Virus record (IMG/VR): IMGVR_UViG_3300003629_000001 | From: a virus | Strand: one strand, 5' to 3' | Length of the DNA: 64,000 nt | The notes under the pieces: generated by a model | The model's database searches: none | What the model was told of the DNA's origin: nothing | The model's input: the letters and a program-made list of their open reading frames with translations, nothing else | Program-made: the position numbers and the translations under genes | Shown here: positions 19,530-30,060 of the stretch, piece by piece | How the letters are laid out: every line of letters begins with the position of its first letter | Numbering within the stretch: position 1 is the stretch's first letter

Positions 19530-19984
19530 GTACCCCTACCCGCGACGTTGCGAAACTGACGCGTGACCTGATTGATGAACAGTGGGGAGAAGGCGATACT
19601 GACCCGCGCAAGCCGGAGTATATCGAACTGGTCACGGAAGACGAGCAAGGGAACGCTCGCAAGCGAGTTCGTCGGACGAACGAGTACATCCACGTCGCTG
19701 AAGAGCAAGAGCGTGGCAACGAGTACACGGACTTTCAACGCAATACCCGTAATCTCACCGGGTACTGCTACGTAGAGTTCTCTACGAACGAGTCCCGTTC
19801 CCGCCGAGAAGAAATCTACGACGAGATTGACCGAATCGCTGTGGCACACCGGAAGCGTCCTGACACCCCCGGCGGGTGGGACGACCTGAAGTTCAGTGCC
19901 AAAATCGTAGACGACGAGAACTTCGGTTGGTGGGTCGGAGAACTGAATTTCGAGTACACCAAGCGCAAGGACTTAATTGACTGA
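19526..19984 (+). CDS. Putative tail terminator
   Basis: 152 aa, immediately before the tail tube gene. Confidence 0.55.
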   Translation: MSTPTRDVAKLTRDLIDEQWGEGDTDPRKPEYIELVTEDEQGNARKRVRRTNEYIHVAEEQERGNEYTDFQRNTRNLTGYCYVEFSTNESRSRREEIYDEIDRIAVAHRKRPDTPGGWDDLKFSAKIVDDENFGWWVGELNFEYTKRKDLID

Positions 19985-20030
19985 ATAATCTACTTAACAG
20001 TAGAACGGCTAATACCCCTAATATCAAACT

Positions 20031-21044
20031 ATGCCCGGAAACGCACCATACAAACCGGAGCAAGCCACTCTTTCCGTCGCCACGGAGTCTTCACAGGCTT
20101 CGACGGTGACGACAGGGAGTGAGTTTGACTCCTTCGGACTCGTACAGGAAGCAACGTCGCTCCCTGACCCCTCTATCCAGTGGATTGAAGAGCGGGTCAT
20201 TGGTGGCGACCGAAAGATTTTCCAGAAGATTGACGGCCAGCGGGCCTACGAAGGTGGGTCGATTCCCGTTGTCCCTTACGACGGCGCTCCGCTCGCCTAC
20301 CTCTTCGGAACCGAATCGGTGAACACTGATACGGATATTGATGGGAGTTCGGAAACGGGTACTGATACCCACGTCCTGACTATCAATACCGCCGACCTTC
20401 CACCGACTCAAACTATCGAAGCCGCCTACAAGGGCTTCGACACCGGTCAAGACAATTTCGTTCGGACGTTCAGCGGGTGTGCTGTCAACTCCGGCGAAAT
20501 CAGCATGAACAACGAGAGCGAACTTCAGGTTTCGCTTGACTATATCGCTATGGACGTGGACACCGGTACGTCAATTACGTCCACCACGACGACGCCCTCT
20601 GACCGCGACCCGTGGATTTTCGCGGACACGAAAGCTGACCTGACGATGTTCGGTACGCCGTTCGCACGCGTCGAACAGTTCTCGTTCTCGCTCACCAACA
20701 ATCTCGAACAGGGTCGGTACATCCAGTCTGACGACCCGGAGAACCCGTTCGAGTTGACCTACGCGAGCGCTGAAATCGAAATGTCGGCCACGATTACGAT
20801 AGACGACGATACGCTCTATCAAGAACTTATTGGCCCGACTGAAGGTGGCTTCACAGGCGAGATTGAGTTCGAGAAGCCGAGCGGTGAATCACTCCGCATT
20901 ACGGCTTCCGACTGTAACTTCGCTGAAGCGCCCCACGAAATTCCGAGTGACGACAGCACGATTCAGGTTGACGTGACAATCATTCCTGAAGACCTTGAGA
21001 TTCGCGTTGAAGACGACCAGTCGGCTGGCGAAACGTATCTCTAA
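20031..21044 (+). CDS. Major tail tube protein
   Basis: PTQTIEA, RTFSGCAVNSGEIS and FSFSLTNNLE fit the siphovirus tail-tube pattern. No sheath gene is adjacent. Confidence 0.8.
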   Translation: MPGNAPYKPEQATLSVATESSQASTVTTGSEFDSFGLVQEATSLPDPSIQWIEERVIGGDRKIFQKIDGQRAYEGGSIPVVPYDGAPLAYLFGTESVNTDTDIDGSSETGTDTHVLTINTADLPPTQTIEAAYKGFDTGQDNFVRTFSGCAVNSGEISMNNESELQVSLDYIAMDVDTGTSITSTTTTPSDRDPWIFADTKADLTMFGTPFARVEQFSFSLTNNLEQGRYIQSDDPENPFELTYASAEIEMSATITIDDDTLYQELIGPTEGGFTGEIEFEKPSGESLRITASDCNFAEAPHEIPSDDSTIQVDVTIIPEDLEIRVEDDQSAGETYL

Positions 21045-21086
21045 AACACCAATAGCCCTATCAGGCTTCACAATAACCATAATAAC

Positions 21087-21509
21087 ATGACGGAAACTGA
21101 CCCCGACGACATTCCAGAGCGGTTCCTTGACGGAGATAACGACGTTCAAATGGGTAGCCGTGAATCGGCGCTCATTGACGAATCCAATACAACCCGTGAG
21201 TGGTTCAAGGTTCCCGGTGCGGACGGCGAACCTGACGAAGTGTATTGGGTCGAAATCAAGGAGATTTCGTGGGAGAAGAAGACCGACGTGCTGGACGACT
21301 CTCTGAAGACCGACAGTCGCACCGGCGACATTGAACTTGACCTGAAGGGGTACTACCGGAACATGATGGAAACCGTCATTGACGAAATTTCCGTCGAAGG
21401 GTCGCTTCCGGTCTTCCTCAAGGGAATGTCCCCGGAAGTGGGCGACCAACTTCAGGAAATCGTTCCTGACCCCGGTACGGTCATGGACGAGGTTGACGAG
21501 GGAAATTAA
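21087..21509 (+). CDS. Tail assembly chaperone (gpG-like)
   Basis: Lies between tail tube and tape measure and ends in slippery G GGA AAT TAA. Confidence 0.75.
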   Translation: MTETDPDDIPERFLDGDNDVQMGSRESALIDESNTTREWFKVPGADGEPDEVYWVEIKEISWEKKTDVLDDSLKTDSRTGDIELDLKGYYRNMMETVIDEISVEGSLPVFLKGMSPEVGDQLQEIVPDPGTVMDEVDEGN

Positions 21510-21898
21510 GGAAAGCAGTCAGGGGCGGACGGGAAACTGACGACCCGTCGTTGCTCCTATACCGCCGAGAGGTAATCGAAACCATGCTCGTAAAGGAAGC
21601 CGGATTCACGCTACGTGACATTAGGGGTACTACGAGTCGCAACACCGAGCGGCGACCGCGTACCGATTTCCTCGCTTCCGTCCGACGCTGGTGTCCGTAC
21701 CTCGAAGACCCGGAACCCATCGTTGTGGAAACCGTCGAAAAGGAACCCGGAATGAGCGAACAAGAGGTGCTTCGGTTCCTGACGTACCACGACGAAATGG
21801 AAGAAATCAAACAAGAAGAACAGGAAGACGCACAGCGAGAAGCCCGCCGGAAAAGTGGTAATCTCGGGGAGAACTCCCCGTCCCGAGGTAACTTCTAA
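21500..21898 (+). CDS. Tail chaperone extension (gpGT-like) reached by -1 frameshift at GGGAAAT (21500-21506)
   Basis: The -1 frame from 21500 is open and contiguous with track ORF 21551..21898, which lacks a good start. Confidence 0.7.
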   Translation, partial: GKLRKAVRGGRETDDPSLLLYRREVIETMLVKEAGFTLRDIRGTTSRNTERRPRTDFLASVRRWCPYLEDPEPIVVETVEKEPGMSEQEVLRFLTYHDEMEEIKQEEQEDAQREARRKSGNLGENSPSRGNF

Positions 21899-23733
21899 TG
21901 GTCAGTATCGGCACTCTCGAATGGAAGGTCAAAGTAGACAACGCTGGGAAGGCTAAAGAGCAAGCCCAGCAGGTCGAAGAGAAGGTCAACGACGCCAAAG
22001 ACGCCGCCGAGGGTGCTGACGAGAAGACACGCCAGTACAGCGAAGGCATGAGTCGCATGGCCGACGCGAAGCAACGCGCTGGCCGTGTCACTGACAAACT
22101 GAACGCGAAGATGGGATTCTTCGGGTCGGCCTTGTCGGGAGTCATTTCGACGCTCGCTGGCCTCATTGGCGGACTGACGGCGCTGAAGGCTCTGATTCTT
22201 GGGGCGGGTATAGCCGCCGCTGTCGTGGCTATGGCTATCGCCTTCAAGGAGAACTTCGGCGGTATGCGCGAACACGTCATGGGGTTTGTCAATTGGATTC
22301 AGGGAGCGCTGGAAACCCTGAAATCGACAGCCCTCGCCATATGGAATAATTTCGTAAGCGGATTTAAGGAAGGGGGCGGGTCTATCGCGGATTTAGAGAC
22401 TATCTTCGCCGGAGTCCTTGACGGTATCACACAGGGGCTTCAGGCGTTTTGGTCTATGTTCGGCCCCATTATCTCTTCCGTAGGCGGAGTTCTGGTCGAA
22501 CTCGCCGGAGTTGTGGGGAAGGTAGTAGGGGGTATCGTCAACTGGCTTGCTGAAATGGAACGCGAGTCGCAAATGATTACGAAGATTGTCGGTTGGGTGA
22601 CAGCCCTAATCGCTACCTTCGCCGCCGCATGGGCTATAGTTCAGGTACTCGCGGCTATTGCGTCCGGGGCTATTGCACTTGTGAGTGCCGCCGGTACGCT
22701 CTTGAGCGGACTCGCTACCCTAATCTCCGTATTTGGAACTGTCATTTCTGTAATCGGGACAGTTGTGAGTGCGGTCGGGACGATTATTGCCGCTCTGAAC
22801 CCAGTTTCACTCGCAATCCTCGCTATCGTTGCGGTGATAGTGGCGTTCTACGTCGCGTTCAAGACGAATTTCCTCGGAATCCGTGACATTACGATGAACG
22901 TCATTGACGCGATTAAGGGCGCGTTCAATGGGTTCATGAGTTGGTTGGGGAGTGTCGGAAACACTCTCTACAACTTGTTCGTTCAGCCCTTCGTTGACAT
23001 TTACAACAAAATCGTCGGTAACTCATTGATTCCCGACCTTGTGAACGGAATCAAGAGCGTCATTACCGGTGCTGTCGGTATGATTAAGGGAGCGATTCAA
23101 GCGGTTATCGACGTAATTCTCGCTCCGTTCAAAGCCCTGTTGAACGGTGGTCAGGCGATTGCTGGTATCGTCGGGGGAGCGATGGACGCCGCGAAAAACG
23201 CTATCAGTGGGGCCGTGGGGGCTGTCTCAAGTGCGGTTGGAAGTGTGACCGGGGCAATCACCAGTGGATTCCAAGGCGCTCTGGATACTGTGAGCGGAGT
23301 TGCGTCCAGTATTGGGGACGCGGCCTCTGACGCTGTAGGAGCGGCACAGGACGCCGCTGGGGCCGCCGCTGACGCCGCTGGGGGCGCTGTGGACACCGCC
23401 AGCAACGCCGCTTCGGGAGCGGTTGACACTGTTAGTAGCGGTTTGTCTTCGGCTGGTGATATGGTCGGACTTGACTCCGGTGGTATCGTTAAGAAAGAAG
23501 GAGTGGCGAAAATCCACAAAGGAGAGGCTGTTGTTCCGGCTGACGTGACGAAAGAGGTTATGCGAGAAGGCACAGGTCAAGGCGGCGGTCAGGAAATTGT
23601 CGTCAACGTGGGCGGTATCGAAGTTGGCGACCAGTCCCTTGACCTGTCAAAACTGACCCGGCGGGAAATGAAGGAACTGGCCGATATGCTGGCCGAGCGG
23701 CTGGGTGACGAGGTGAGGAACACAACAATATGA
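21898..23733 (+). CDS. Tape measure protein
   Basis: 611 aa, Ala/Gly/hydrophobic helical repeats; C-terminal LDSGGIV..EG.A.IHKGEAVVPA motif. Confidence 0.9.
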   Translation: MVSIGTLEWKVKVDNAGKAKEQAQQVEEKVNDAKDAAEGADEKTRQYSEGMSRMADAKQRAGRVTDKLNAKMGFFGSALSGVISTLAGLIGGLTALKALILGAGIAAAVVAMAIAFKENFGGMREHVMGFVNWIQGALETLKSTALAIWNNFVSGFKEGGGSIADLETIFAGVLDGITQGLQAFWSMFGPIISSVGGVLVELAGVVGKVVGGIVNWLAEMERESQMITKIVGWVTALIATFAAAWAIVQVLAAIASGAIALVSAAGTLLSGLATLISVFGTVISVIGTVVSAVGTIIAALNPVSLAILAIVAVIVAFYVAFKTNFLGIRDITMNVIDAIKGAFNGFMSWLGSVGNTLYNLFVQPFVDIYNKIVGNSLIPDLVNGIKSVITGAVGMIKGAIQAVIDVILAPFKALLNGGQAIAGIVGGAMDAAKNAISGAVGAVSSAVGSVTGAITSGFQGALDTVSGVASSIGDAASDAVGAAQDAAGAAADAAGGAVDTASNAASGAVDTVSSGLSSAGDMVGLDSGGIVKKEGVAKIHKGEAVVPADVTKEVMREGTGQGGGQEIVVNVGGIEVGDQSLDLSKLTRREMKELADMLAERLGDEVRNTTI

Positions 23734-24245
23734 GTGACATTTCAGACGCGACAGAGGTAATTATCGCAAAGGCGGGCGAATCGGAACCATTTGACACCAG
23801 TCAAACGGCGTTCTTCTTGAAGTGTGAGAACGTCGAAGTGAGCGTCGGAAACAATCTCATAGCCCGTGCAATCCTCTCCGCCGCTGGGGATATTGCCGGT
23901 GCTGACCCGGTACTGAACAGCGTTACCTATCAGTTGACCGGTGTCTACCTTCAGGCAATCGAAGACGAAGACTACCCTGACCAACCCATCAACGACGCTC
24001 CGAGCGGATACTACGCTGACGTAGCCGCTGACGACCACAATCAGCGAATGATGATTGCCCTCAAAGAAGCCACAAAGCAGTGGGGGCCGGACGCGAACGG
24101 CGATATTGACACCCTCGAATGGGACGGTCAGTACATCCCGGTCGTAATAACCTCATTCAGTGCGTCGGAGAGCGCGTCCAGTCCGAAGCCGGGTATCTAC
24201 CAAGCGGACATTGAAATGACGCATATCAGCGCCTACGTGGGGTGA
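23730..24245 (+). CDS. Putative distal tail protein
   Basis: First ORF after the TMP, beta-rich. Confidence 0.5.
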   Translation: MSDISDATEVIIAKAGESEPFDTSQTAFFLKCENVEVSVGNNLIARAILSAAGDIAGADPVLNSVTYQLTGVYLQAIEDEDYPDQPINDAPSGYYADVAADDHNQRMMIALKEATKQWGPDANGDIDTLEWDGQYIPVVITSFSASESASSPKPGIYQADIEMTHISAYVG

Positions 24246-24251
24246 TTAGAC

Positions 24252-25721
24252 ATGGTTCAATGGGATGTAACGGTCGGAAGCGTCACGCTGGATAGTATCT
24301 TCGACGTTTCCTACAACAACGGACGAACGGAAGGACTCGGTGAAGCAACCGTCGTCTGTGGAAACAACACGAATAATAGGGCTATCGAATCCGGCGACGA
24401 AATACAAATCTCGAAGAACGGTACGCTTGATTACCGAGGGTACATTATCGGGAAGCCGACCAAAGCCGGAGCGAGTCGAACAGAGTTAGAAGTTAAGGCT
24501 GTGGATAAGCGGATGGAACTCAAGCACCAGCAGGTCAACCGCGTCTTCTATGAAACCGACACCGGTGAAATCATCCGAAAAATCCTAAATGAGAAACTGG
24601 TTCCGTTCAGTTTCAGCAACGACCTTGGTGAGTTTATCCACAAAGGGGAATCGGCGTCAGAATGGGATACAAACATCCCAAAATCAAGCGAAGGGGGGAT
24701 TGTATCTCTCTCACTCGAAAACCAAGGGAGCGATTTCATGTTTTTCGGGTGGCCGAGTGGTTCCGGGTCGCAAGACTCCTATCACGCGACATACGACTCC
24801 GTTCCAACTGACGCAACTGTTGGGGACGGTCAAGTAGACACGTTCTATACCCGATTAGCAATCAACAACAACGGTGGGCCATTTTCCGCCGAGGTTGACC
24901 TACGAGACAACTTCGGAAACAACTATATTTGGTCGTTGGAACTCCCCGAGTCAGGGTTCACAGAATTTGAACTCAAGGCCGAAGACGCGGTTTCAGACGC
25001 CAATATCGGCTCTCCCGTGTCCACAGACCAAACGTTAGAATACCGATTCAGTATTGACGGAACACTCGCCGGAGCGCGAGGGGTGGCTATCGACTATGCG
25101 TCAGCCATTCCCTTTGAAGTAGATAGTCGTGATACTGATATTACCCCCGGTGGTGTGACAGACAGTGGAAATGTCATTACCCGACGAATTGAGCGAAGTG
25201 CATTTCAGACTCTCAAAGAGTTCGCTGTCGAAGACCAATTTATCTCTTACGTGGACATAGACGACGTTCTACACTACGAGAACGCTGGTCAGAACACCGC
25301 TCGGGAGATTGACTTTTCGAGTACGAATGTCGTTGACGCCGAGTTTAACCGGGATTACCAAGACGTGACGAACAAGGTTACAGTGCAAGGCGACGGTGAT
25401 ATTCGAGTTACGATTCCACAACCAGATTCGATTGAGTTCTACGGTGTTTCGTCCCGCGACGAACCCATTGTAGACACCGAAATCCAAACCGAGGAAGAGG
25501 CAATCCGTCGTGGTCGTGGATTCTTGTCGAACAAGGCATGGGACGACGAAGCGTTCAAATTCGTGATTGCTAACACCGAATATGAATCTGTTTCGCTCGG
25601 TGACGACATACTGGTAAATTGGCCGCCGGAAAATATCGCTGGTACGTTCCAAGTCAGTAACTCCGAGACTGACAAAGACGGACTGGTGACTATCAGTATC
25701 ACCAAACGGGGGACGCTCTAA
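24252..25721 (+). CDS. Baseplate hub / tail-tip protein
   Basis: VTNKVTVQG, SIEFYGV and LGDDILV motifs typical of hub proteins. Confidence 0.7.
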   Translation: MVQWDVTVGSVTLDSIFDVSYNNGRTEGLGEATVVCGNNTNNRAIESGDEIQISKNGTLDYRGYIIGKPTKAGASRTELEVKAVDKRMELKHQQVNRVFYETDTGEIIRKILNEKLVPFSFSNDLGEFIHKGESASEWDTNIPKSSEGGIVSLSLENQGSDFMFFGWPSGSGSQDSYHATYDSVPTDATVGDGQVDTFYTRLAINNNGGPFSAEVDLRDNFGNNYIWSLELPESGFTEFELKAEDAVSDANIGSPVSTDQTLEYRFSIDGTLAGARGVAIDYASAIPFEVDSRDTDITPGGVTDSGNVITRRIERSAFQTLKEFAVEDQFISYVDIDDVLHYENAGQNTAREIDFSSTNVVDAEFNRDYQDVTNKVTVQGDGDIRVTIPQPDSIEFYGVSSRDEPIVDTEIQTEEEAIRRGRGFLSNKAWDDEAFKFVIANTEYESVSLGDDILVNWPPENIAGTFQVSNSETDKDGLVTISITKRGTL

Positions 25722-26578
25722 TGCCGGGAGAAGAACTACAAGCCCAGCAGAAACTACAATGGCTGGGATTGAGTAGCGCCGCTGAAAGCCTGTCGGACGT
25801 ACAAGAAGAGGTAGAACTACTACAGCAAAATCTTCCTGATTTCAGTACGTTCCTTGACCACCTTCAGAACGGGTACGACTACAACGGTGACGGAACGAAA
25901 GAATCGTTGGATAGTTACCCCTCTTTTGACGATTATCTCGCTGAAGGGTCTGACTCAATCGGTTTCACCACCGACGAAGCCGACTCGTTCATAGAGAAAA
26001 TCAAGCAAAACTTTAGCGACGAGGATAGCAGTGGTACTTCCTTTGACGAGTTCAAAGAGTTTGTTATCAACGAAACTGTATCGTTCGAGTCGATAAAAAC
26101 CGGCTTCGGAACCAGCACAGAACTCACCAGTGACACAACCACATCCAGTGGTCAGGCGGCGGCGGGTGTTCGATTTCACGAAACTGCTGGTGTCACCCGA
26201 AATGGTGTGAGTGTTCCTGCTGGTACAACCGAAGTGTACGGCAAAGAGGTTCACTTCAGCCAAAGTTCCGCGCCAACTGAAGAGGAAGAAACTGGTTCTA
26301 TCGACTTTAAAAATATCTCTACCAGTGACGATTTCCCCTTTATTGACGAAACTGTCACTATCAGCGTGGATATTGAGAATACGCAAAACGAAAGTGCTGA
26401 CGTAGTAGCAACTTTCCTCGAAGACGGAACTCGAATTGACGCAAGAACGCTCCGTGTCGGAGCGAACTCTACTCGATTCATAAGTTTCGAGATTTCGTAT
26501 GGAACCATGCAATTCCACGAATACTCAATCAAAAATTCGGACACTGTAAGTGTCCAATGGCAATCGCAAATACTCTAA
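25721..26578 (+). CDS. Minor tail protein with C-terminal Ig/CARDB-like domain
   Basis: ETVTISVDIENT...FLEDGTRIDARTLRVGANSTRFISF. Confidence 0.55.
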   Translation: MPGEELQAQQKLQWLGLSSAAESLSDVQEEVELLQQNLPDFSTFLDHLQNGYDYNGDGTKESLDSYPSFDDYLAEGSDSIGFTTDEADSFIEKIKQNFSDEDSSGTSFDEFKEFVINETVSFESIKTGFGTSTELTSDTTTSSGQAAAGVRFHETAGVTRNGVSVPAGTTEVYGKEVHFSQSSAPTEEEETGSIDFKNISTSDDFPFIDETVTISVDIENTQNESADVVATFLEDGTRIDARTLRVGANSTRFISFEISYGTMQFHEYSIKNSDTVSVQWQSQIL

Positions 26579-26585
26579 TTCAACA

Positions 26586-27575
26586 ATGACTAAACGCATT
26601 GACCAATTCGTATCTGAAAACCGTGAAAGTGTCAAGCGGCTGGACTCCACATTCATTCCAATATCCGGTCAGCGGAGTTCCAACTACACGTTTAGCGGAA
26701 ATCAGTTCGAGATTGTCACCTCGGTCAGAGTCTACACCCGCGACCTAAACGAGTCGCTAATCAGCGGCCACCCCAATGGAAGCCGTCATGGGTCAGGTCA
26801 GGGAGATTCCGGCGACTTTCGGGGTTCTTGGACACTGGTGGAAGACGTAGAAAACAGCGAAAAATTCGTCACTGACGGACGAAATATCGTAGCAGAAGGG
26901 CTTGCGGGTCAATCCGAAGCAGTTATCGGAAAAATCTCTGTTGGAAGTGGTACAACAGACGCCACTATCAATGACTCGTCTTTAGAAACACCAAGTGCGA
27001 CTACGTTCGCATATCCGAATCCCGGTGATTCCAGCAACGAGTCAACTGCTGAAGGAATTTTCCTCTTCCAAGAATACGGAGATACTTTTTCGGAGTTCGG
27101 TGCTAAAAGTCGGGCTGGCGACCTATACAACCGTATTACGACGGATACGCTCAATCCGTCGAACGAAAAAGAACTCCGTGTCGAAATTGATTTCGAGGTG
27201 ACAAACGACACGACAGGCACTTCGGTCATAACAGACGTTGGTCAAAATCGGGTAGCCGACTCCCTACGCGCTCTTGATACGGCTATTGGGCTGAACTCTA
27301 TCGCATTTGGCACAGGAACAACCGAACCCACCGCGTCTGATACCGCACTGGAAAATGAAGTGTTTGAGAAAAACGCCCAACGACTACTCTCGTCTGAAAC
27401 AGTCACGGCCAACATGGTTGTTTTCCAACAACAGCCCTCTTCCCAGCCACACGATATTTCCGAGATAGGGGTATTCGACTCAAGTGGCAATATGCTTTGG
27501 CGAGCAACTGTAGACCCGTTCGAGAAAACCAGCAACGTAGAGTTTACGACGAACGTCTCGTTCCGAATTAGATAA
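26586..27575 (+). CDS. Minor tail / fibre-attachment protein with internal duplication
   Basis: Two copies of T..G.N.VA..L...I..G.GTT..T..D..LE ... SE.G.....G.[LM]..R. Confidence 0.6.
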   Translation: MTKRIDQFVSENRESVKRLDSTFIPISGQRSSNYTFSGNQFEIVTSVRVYTRDLNESLISGHPNGSRHGSGQGDSGDFRGSWTLVEDVENSEKFVTDGRNIVAEGLAGQSEAVIGKISVGSGTTDATINDSSLETPSATTFAYPNPGDSSNESTAEGIFLFQEYGDTFSEFGAKSRAGDLYNRITTDTLNPSNEKELRVEIDFEVTNDTTGTSVITDVGQNRVADSLRALDTAIGLNSIAFGTGTTEPTASDTALENEVFEKNAQRLLSSETVTANMVVFQQQPSSQPHDISEIGVFDSSGNMLWRATVDPFEKTSNVEFTTNVSFRIR

Positions 27576-27583
27576 GAAAGCGG

Positions 27584-28489
27584 CTACCCTTCGAGGTCAA
27601 CGTCGCCTTCGAGGTTCACGTCTTCACTGTCGCCTTCCGTCTTCGGAGAGTCCGTGTCACCGCCGTCAGACCCTTCCTCGGCGTCGGTCGCGTCTTCGCC
27701 ACCTTCCTCGGGGTTGTAACCGTCAGCGTCCGTCGTCACACCGTCTTCGTTCGCCTTCCGAGCGACCATAGCACGTCGGGCCGCGTCAGTCGCAATCTTC
27801 TCCCGAACCGTGTTCAGCACGTCTCGGTCGATTGCCGACTCGCTGTAGATAGTGCGAACGAACTTCGTAATGTCACCGTAGACCTTCTCGAAGACCTGTT
27901 CTCGCACCGCGCTCGGACTCTTCGGGAGTTCACTTGCCTCTTCGACCAGCGAATCAACGCCAACGTCGTCAGAGGCTTCCTTGGCGAGCGTAGACGCTTG
28001 CTTACCGGGAGCGAGTTCCGACATGGGAACGTCGCGCTCGAAGCGCTCGCGGACGCCTTCAGTCCCCTTCTGAATGGCGTCGTGGGTACGGTCGCCGCTG
28101 GACTCTTCGCGGAGTCCAACTTCAACGTCGCCATGACGAGCGTCCTTGATTAGTTCGCGCATGGCTTCGTCGTCTTCGTCTTCAAGGTCGATACCGAGAC
28201 GTGCGATACCAGTTCGCTTGATTACCTCGCCGTCAGTCGTGGGGTCGTCCACCGTCACGCCTTCCACAGAGCCGTCAGATTCGTCCGTGTCGGATTTCTC
28301 CACCTCGTCGGACTCACCGCCCTCGCCAGTAACTCCGACTGACTCACGGTACTGCTGGACAGCCTCATTGGTACTTTCCTTGCGTTGCTTGACCAGTTCA
28401 TCGAAGGACGCTTCGTCTACTTCCACGTCTTCGAGTTCAACGTCTTCAATCCCGTCAGTGGTATTGAAGTGTGTTTTGTCGCTACTCAT
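27584..28489 (-). CDS. Hypothetical acidic protein
   Basis: Typical acidic composition on the minus strand. Confidence 0.75.
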   Translation of the reverse strand: MSSDKTHFNTTDGIEDVELEDVEVDEASFDELVKQRKESTNEAVQQYRESVGVTGEGGESDEVEKSDTDESDGSVEGVTVDDPTTDGEVIKRTGIARLGIDLEDEDDEAMRELIKDARHGDVEVGLREESSGDRTHDAIQKGTEGVRERFERDVPMSELAPGKQASTLAKEASDDVGVDSLVEEASELPKSPSAVREQVFEKVYGDITKFVRTIYSESAIDRDVLNTVREKIATDAARRAMVARKANEDGVTTDADGYNPEEGGEDATDAEEGSDGGDTDSPKTEGDSEDVNLEGDVDLEG

Positions 28490-28543
28490 ACTCTATGATA
28501 AGGTTATTGTGAGCGCCATATAATTCTTCGCTCGTAAAACGGC

Positions 28544-28876
28544 TTAAGTCGCCTCTTCAGCCCACGAAAGGTAGTCCTGAAACCACGGTCTGACAACGAG
28601 TACAGGACATTTCTTTGGCGGATTGCTGATACGTAATTCTTCGATTTCCGACCGTGGCAACCCCAGCACGCCAATAGGGGTATTACTTGACGCGGCTACC
28701 TCGAAGTGATACTCGTCCACCTTGACCATTATATCGTCTTCCTGCTCCCCGGTCGGATACAGTTCCCACTGTAGTTCGAGGAACGTTTGTTCGTTGACAA
28801 CTGGTTCGTTCTCTCTCACTGTTTCAACCTGAAACTCGGATAACAGGTAGCCGTTATTCCACGGTTCGAGGTGCAT
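28544..28876 (-). CDS. Hypothetical protein
   Basis: Acidic ORF on the minus strand. Confidence 0.6.
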   Translation of the reverse strand: MHLEPWNNGYLLSEFQVETVRENEPVVNEQTFLELQWELYPTGEQEDDIMVKVDEYHFEVAASSNTPIGVLGLPRSEIEELRISNPPKKCPVLVVRPWFQDYLSWAEEAT

Positions 28877-28934
28877 TCGTTATTACCCATACTGTGAGAG
28901 GCACTATGCCACTATGTACCTTGGGTCGCCTGTC

Positions 28935-29150
28935 CCTTATCATAATAACTTTATAGTAGTATAGTATAATTGCTGTTGCTGTAGCGGGGCGGTTCTAATA
29001 TACAGTAGGCCCTATAGTATATACTATATTATATATTATATACGATAATACAACCAATAACAGTTGATACTACGATATACAACCACTATAGGTTGAACAG
29101 CACAGCAACCGCTACCGCAAGAGTACAAACGATAATTATGGCTAAAAACA
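28935..29150. other. AT-rich non-coding region, candidate replication origin
   Basis: Most AT-rich stretch seen in the window, with a 16-bp palindrome TATAGTATATACTATA (29013-29028) and flanking inverted elements. Confidence 0.5.
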
Positions 29151-29154
29151 GAGC

Positions 29155-30060
29155 CTATACGTCTTTCATGGACTCAAGGCCAGTTCCAGTGATATTGACG
29201 TGGAACTCAATATCACCCACTTCCGGGTGGTTGGTGATATTAGCCTTACTGAACGAACCTTGGGCGTTCTTCATTTTCAGGAAGTAGTTGACCGAGTGGT
29301 GGAACAGCGACCCGCCGTAGGTATTGTTCGCGCCACCGTAGGCCGAAGGGTTCCCGTAGACCTGTGCGGTCATGAGAACCGGCACTTCCAGATACTCGGC
29401 CATTTGCTCAATCTTCTGTAGGTGACGACCCATAATCTTCGAGCGGGTCTGTAGGTCGCCACGGTTCTCGAACTCGTCCGATAGGCGGAAGCGTGCGGTG
29501 AACGAGTCGATAACGACGAGGGCGCAATCCTCGAAGTGTTCGCTCACCTTGCCGTAGGCCATTTCTTGCTGTTCAAGGTCGTATGCCTTGACACGATGAA
29601 TCAGGTTTAACGTATTTTCGTCATTCGCCATACTCTGTAACCGAGACGGGCTGTATCGGTTTCGCTCCGTTTCAATGTAGACAACGGGCTGTCCAGTGGC
29701 TTCGGCGGCGGCGACGAGAGCCTGAAACGTGACCTGTGTCTTCCCCGCACCGGACTCACCAGAGATAGCGACGACGTTGCCCTGTTGCCAGCCACCGTCA
29801 ATCGTTTCGTCCAGCACGTCCATGCCCGTGGTGATATTGTCTTTTGATTCGTACTCTTCGACTACTTCGTCCCCAGTCTGGACGATTACGGCGTTCTGTT
29901 TCGCACGCCGGATGATTTTGTCAGCCTTGTTGTCCGACATACCCTCGTCCGACAGGTGTTCGACTGTCGTCTGTGCGAGTTCGTCTACGCTGGATATGCC
30001 AGCCGATTCGAGTCGTTCTTCGGTGACGCCGCCGACACCTTTCAAATCTCCGAGTTCCAT
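29155..30060 (-). CDS. radA: RadA recombinase
   Basis: N-terminal HhH LKGVGGVT, ITTG...LD....GG, Walker A GESGAGKTQ, YIETE and Walker B LVVIDS. Confidence 0.9.
   Translation of the reverse strand: MELGDLKGVGGVTEERLESAGISSVDELAQTTVEHLSDEGMSDNKADKIIRRAKQNAVIVQTGDEVVEEYESKDNITTGMDVLDETIDGGWQQGNVVAISGESGAGKTQVTFQALVAAAEATGQPVVYIETERNRYSPSRLQSMANDENTLNLIHRVKAYDLEQQEMAYGKVSEHFEDCALVVIDSFTARFRLSDEFENRGDLQTRSKIMGRHLQKIEQMAEYLEVPVLMTAQVYGNPSAYGGANNTYGGSLFHHSVNYFLKMKNAQGSFSKANITNHPEVGDIEFHVNITGTGLESMKDV

Noticed and set aside
23160-23460. GACGCCGCT-type repeats in the tape measure gene as a DNA repeat array
   Set aside because: Explained by the Ala/Gly-rich helical periodicity typical of tape measure proteins.
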